Positions 59,701 to 64,000 of a stretch of 64,000 nt of DNA are shown here, piece after piece; position 1 is the first letter of the stretch; each line of letters starts with the position of its first letter. A program made the position numbers and the translations under genes. The notes beneath the pieces are model-generated. The model ran no database searches and had not been told where the DNA came from. It saw only the letters and a list, made by a program, of their open reading frames with translations. Origin of the DNA: Macrostomum hystrix (lineage: Eukaryota; Animalia; Platyhelminthes); NCBI GenBank assembly GCA_950097015.1, contig CATNEN010000034.1, positions 6,572,001-6,636,000 on the forward strand. Direction: 5' to 3'.

Positions 59701-61947
59701 CTAGTTCTGGTAGCGATTGGGAAGCTGCAAAAAAATACTGAGAATGATTAGTCACTCACTGGTTATCCAAGCGACAGTCATCGCAGTAGGTCATGCTCTG
59801 GCATGAGCACCGGTCCATGGGATTGGCCAAACGGCCCTTAGCTTTGCCGCACAAAATGCAAGAATTGCTGTCTGTGGCCGCTCTGTAGGGCTGGATTCAG
59901 GGTGCGGAGGGAGGTGATGCAGTCAGTGAGGGAGATGATCATGCAGTCAGTGAGGGAGATGATGATGCAGTCAGTGAGGGAGATGATGATGCAATCAGTT
60001 AGGGAGATGATGATGCAGTCAGTGAGGGAGATGATGATGCAGTCAGTGAGGGAGATGATGATGCAGTCAGTTAGGGAGATGATGATGCAGTCAGTGAGGG
60101 AGATGATGATGCAGTCAGTGAGGGAGATGATGATGCAGTCAGTGAGGGAGATGATGATGCAGTCAGTGAGAGAGATGATGATGCAGTCAGTGAGGGAGAT
60201 GATGATGCAGTCAGTGAGAGAGATGATGATGCAGTCAGTGAGGGAGATGATGATGCAGTCAGTGAGGGAGATGATGATGCAGTCAGTGAGGGAGATGATG
60301 ATGCAGTCAGTGAGGGAGATGATGATGCAGTCAGTGAGGGAGATGATGATGCAGTCAGTGAGGGAGATGATAATTTTAGTCAGTGAGGGAGAATATCATG
60401 CAGTCAGTGAGGGAGATGATGATGCAGACAGTGAGGGAGATGATAATTTTAGTCAGTGAGGGAGATGATGATGCAGACAGTGAGGGAGATGATAATTTTA
60501 GTCAGTGAGGGAGATGATGATGCAGATAGTGAGGGAGATGATAATTTTAGTCAGTGAGGGAGATGATGATGCAGATAGTGAGGGAGATGATAATTTTAGT
60601 CAGTGAGGGAGATGATGATGCAGATAGTGAGGGAGATGATAATTTTAGTCAGTGAGGGAGATGATGAGACAGAAGCAGCAATCAGATGTCTAGTTGTTTA
60701 TGACATTTTGTCTTTTGTGACTAGTTCAAATGCCTATACAAATGCTTGCCTGTATCCTTTATTCACTGGCAGCATGCTTAAGTCTTTGTTTTTTTCTCTT
60801 TTACATCATTATTTTACCATTTTCCGTTGTCTGCGGTTGAATTGAATCAGGAAAGAATGATGAGATATATTTTTAAAAAATAGCAATCTAAAATTTTTAG
60901 ATATATGCTGATGTGTATCATTTTCAAACTAACAAAAAGCAATCAAGAATCTTACTGACCTTCAGATGTACCGCATAAACATCGTAGATCACGATTGAGA
61001 CTACGGCGATAATTTCAGCCGACGCTGTGGAGATAACGGCCATGAGCAGCATGATGACTATCATGAGCTCACCCGAGTAACCAAACAATCGCTGAGCAAC
61101 AATTGGCGGGACTAGGCCTGCAGACAGTTGAGGAAACTATTGATTATGCGCATCATTGACTGGACAATAGACACTTGTACTATAGACACACCCTTTGTAC
61201 CATAGACAGTACATTGTACCATAGATATGAAATCTGTACCATTAACAGTCCATTTTCACCATAGGCTATAAATTTGCAACATAGACAGTCCATTTGTACC
61301 ATTAGAAAGTAAATTTGTACCATAGACAGTAAATTTGTACCATAGACAGCCCATTTTTACCATTATACAGTAAATGTGTACAATAGACAGTAAATTTGTG
61401 CCATAGACACTCCAATGGTACCATAGACAGACTATTTTTACCATAGACAGTAAATTTGAACTATAGGCCGTCTTTAGCCCATAGACATTCCACGGACCAT
61501 TGAAGAACTCGAATGTCTCACCCTTGCTGACATCCTGGTTTGTCAGTATCGGCCCGCCCTCCAGAAATCCCAGGCTCAAATATCCCAAGCCCATGGCGGT
61601 GGCGAAGCAGAACGGGATGGCGAACCAGACCAGGCCGCCGGCTAGGAATCCCAGAGCGCCGGCGCGTGGCTTCGCCGCCACGCTGCTCTGCCAGTAGGAC
61701 TGGTCAACGAATACGGTGCCAAAATTGCCTGCGATTCGCATCGGGTTGAACGATGAAAATTCTTTATGGGAATTATGGGAATTATTGACAATAAAAACTT
61801 TGATGCATTTTTTGACGGCCTAACCGATAATGTTGATGACGCCGAAGATTAAGCCGTCAGTGCTAGCCAGAGTGAGATAGCTAGAGCCCTGGTTGCCAGC
61901 CGGGCCAATGCTGCAGTCCACAAATTCAAATACTCGAGACAGCGAAC
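56778..61947 (-). CDS. DUR3: DUR3-like urea active transporter (sodium:solute symporter family), 5' partial
   Basis: Exons 61947-61825, 61728-61522, 61117-60960, 59890-59760, 59672-59510, 57926-57541, 57102-56778, all phase-consistent. Motifs [61 protein letters not shown] and SLGWLYLFMG. The upstream exons were not found in the window. Confidence 0.92.
58120..58320. repeat. 12-bp CATCACACAACT array
   Basis: Direct reading of the sequence. Confidence 0.96.
58865..59470. repeat. 34-bp GAGCCTGAGCTCTAGCAGTCACGTGACTCTTCCY x18
   Basis: Direct reading of the sequence. Confidence 0.97.
59910..60665. repeat. 24-bp ATGATGCAGTCAGTGAGGGAGATG array
   Basis: Direct reading of the sequence. Confidence 0.96.
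61170..61460. repeat. Degenerate about 22-bp GTACCATAGACAGTAAATTT array
   Basis: Direct reading of the sequence. Confidence 0.8.
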
Positions 61948-62044
61948 CTGGGTGAGATGACGATTGATTTTTTGATTTAAAATTTCCAGCTTCGTCTTGA
62001 ATGTCATTTAAATTTAAATTTTCTTCAGTACAATAGAGAAATTC

Positions 62045-62990
62045 TAGATATTGTAGATTCCATAGATCTTCAATTCCATAGATCTTCAGTTCCATAGATC
62101 TTCAATTCTCTAGAAATCAATTCCGTAGATCTTCAATTCTCTAGATCTTCAGTTCCCTTGATCTTCAATCTCTAGAGTCTAGATCTTCATTATCTAGATC
62201 TTCATTATCTAGATCTTCATTCTCTAGATCTTCATTCTCTAGGTCTTAAATTCTCTAGATCTTCAATTCTCTAGATCTTCAATTCTCTAGATCTTCAATT
62301 CTCTAGATCTTCTATCTCTAGATCTTCAATTCCCTTGATCTTCAATCTCTAGATCTTCAATTTCCCTTGATCTTCAATCTCTAGATCTTGATTCTCTAGA
62401 TCTTCATTCTCTAGATCGTCAATTCCCTTGATCTTCTATCTCTAGATCTTCAATTCTCTAGATCTTCAATTCTCTAGATCTTCAATTCTCTAGATCTTCA
62501 ATTCTCTAGATCTTCAATTCTCTAGATCTTCATTCTCTAGATCTTCAATTCTCTAGATCTTCAATTCTCTAGATCTTCAATTCTCTAGATCTTCATTCTC
62601 TAGATCTTCAATTCCCTTGATCTTCATTCTCTAGATCTTCAATTCCCTTGATCTTCAATCTCTAGATCTTCATTCTCTAGATCTTCATTCTCTAGATCGT
62701 CAATTCCCTTGATCTTCAATCTCTAGATCTTCATTCTCTACATCTTCATTCTCTAGATCTTCAATTCCCTTGATCTTCATTCTCTAGATCTTCAATTCCC
62801 TTGATCTTCAATCTCTAGATCTTCATTCTCTACATCTTCATTCTCTAGATCTTCAATTCCCTTGATCTTCAATATCTAGATCTTCAATATTTAGATCTTC
62901 CTTCTCTAGATCTTCATTCTCTAGCCCAGTTCTCTATATCTTCAATTCTCTAGATCTTCATTCTCTAGATCTGCGATTCTCAAGACCCGT
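62045..62990. repeat. 16-bp TCTAGATCTTCAATTC array
   Basis: Direct reading of the sequence. Confidence 0.95.
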
Positions 62991-63482
62991 TCTCTAGATC
63001 ATTGGTTCTCTAGATCTGTCCTCTTGATTTCAATTCTCAGGAAAGTGCCTCTCTTTTAGATCGTCGACTTTGAAGATATTCTATATTTAGATTGTCGATT
63101 CGCAAGCATTCGTGGACTTTCCAATTCTTTAGCCTTTTTCAATCCAACAAAGCAAAGTTATTTTCCTACGGAAATATTTTTCAAATTATCCAATTAGCCA
63201 ATAGTTGAGTCTATTCTCTTTAATAGCGAACCGTGAGAAACCCAAAGTGAAATTATTCGGCATGGCTGCACCGAGGGCTGTTATAAACCGGTGACGCACT
63301 CGCTCCCCCCGCACTGAGCGAGGCTAGCAAGGGATTAACATTATGGACAGATTTAGCAGCTTACTGGAAGGATAAAACAAGTTAAAATAAGATTTTAGCA
63401 ATTATCCACTACAAGTTGAGGGTAGACTTCTTATCTTAAGTGGCGGAAAATTTGTTTCAGGCATGTTTTGCTTAAAAAAAGT

Positions 63483-64000
63483 CATATCCTCATATCCTCA
63501 TATCCTCGTATCCCCAAATCCTCATATCCTCATATCCTCATATCCTCATATCCTCATATCCTCATATCCTCATATCCTCATATCCTCATATCCTTATATC
63601 CTCATATCCTCATATCCTCATATCCCCAAATCCTCATATCCTCATATCCTCATATCCTCATATCCTCATATCCTCACATCCTCACATCCTCATATCCTCA
63701 TATCCTCATTTCCTCATATCCTCATATCCTCACATCCTCACATCCTCATATCCTCATATCCTCATATCCTCATTTCCTCACATCCTCATATCCTCACATC
63801 CTCATATCCTCACATCCTCATATCCTCATATCCCCAAATCCTCATATCCTTATATCCTCATATCCTCACATCCTCATATCCTCACATCCTCATATCCTCA
63901 TATCCCCAAATCCTCATATCCTTATATCCTCATATCCTCACATCCTCATATCCTCATATCCTCATATCCTCATATCCTCATATCCTCATATCCCCAAATC
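63483..64000. repeat. 8-bp CATATCCT microsatellite running off the window end
   Basis: Direct reading of the sequence. Confidence 0.97.

Noticed and set aside
63240-63380. Possible further DUR3 exon
   Set aside because: It has an acceptor-like site, but no frame resembles DUR3.

Overview
Eukaryotic (metazoan) genomic DNA with GT-AG introns, GC-rich exons, and introns largely filled by gene-specific minisatellites. This architecture suggests a free-living flatworm such as Macrostomum (inference only). Eight spliced protein-coding genes were reconstructed by hand with phase-consistent exons: a spectrin-repeat/Ig muscle protein (partial, +), atypical PKC (-), TMEM144 (+), a PLPP6/7-like phosphatase (-), an N-formylglutamate-amidohydrolase-like hydrolase (-), MCU (-), an unrecognised 843-aa protein (+) and a DUR3-like urea transporter (partial, -). 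Also present are three 5'-truncated LINEs with target-site duplications, two tRNA-derived SINE families, a MITE-like repeat and about 30 tandem arrays. There is no CRISPR array and no functional tRNA/rRNA. Most long ORFs in the supplied track are repeat artefacts. The two most unusual signals are these. (1) Several intronic minisatellite units look like direct or inverted copies of their own gene's splice junction or coding sequence (PLPP6, MCU, TMEM144, FGase-like). (2) The PLPP6-like gene has no Met in its first recognisable exon, which starts at a phase-0 acceptor, consistent with an AUG donated by a trans-spliced leader.
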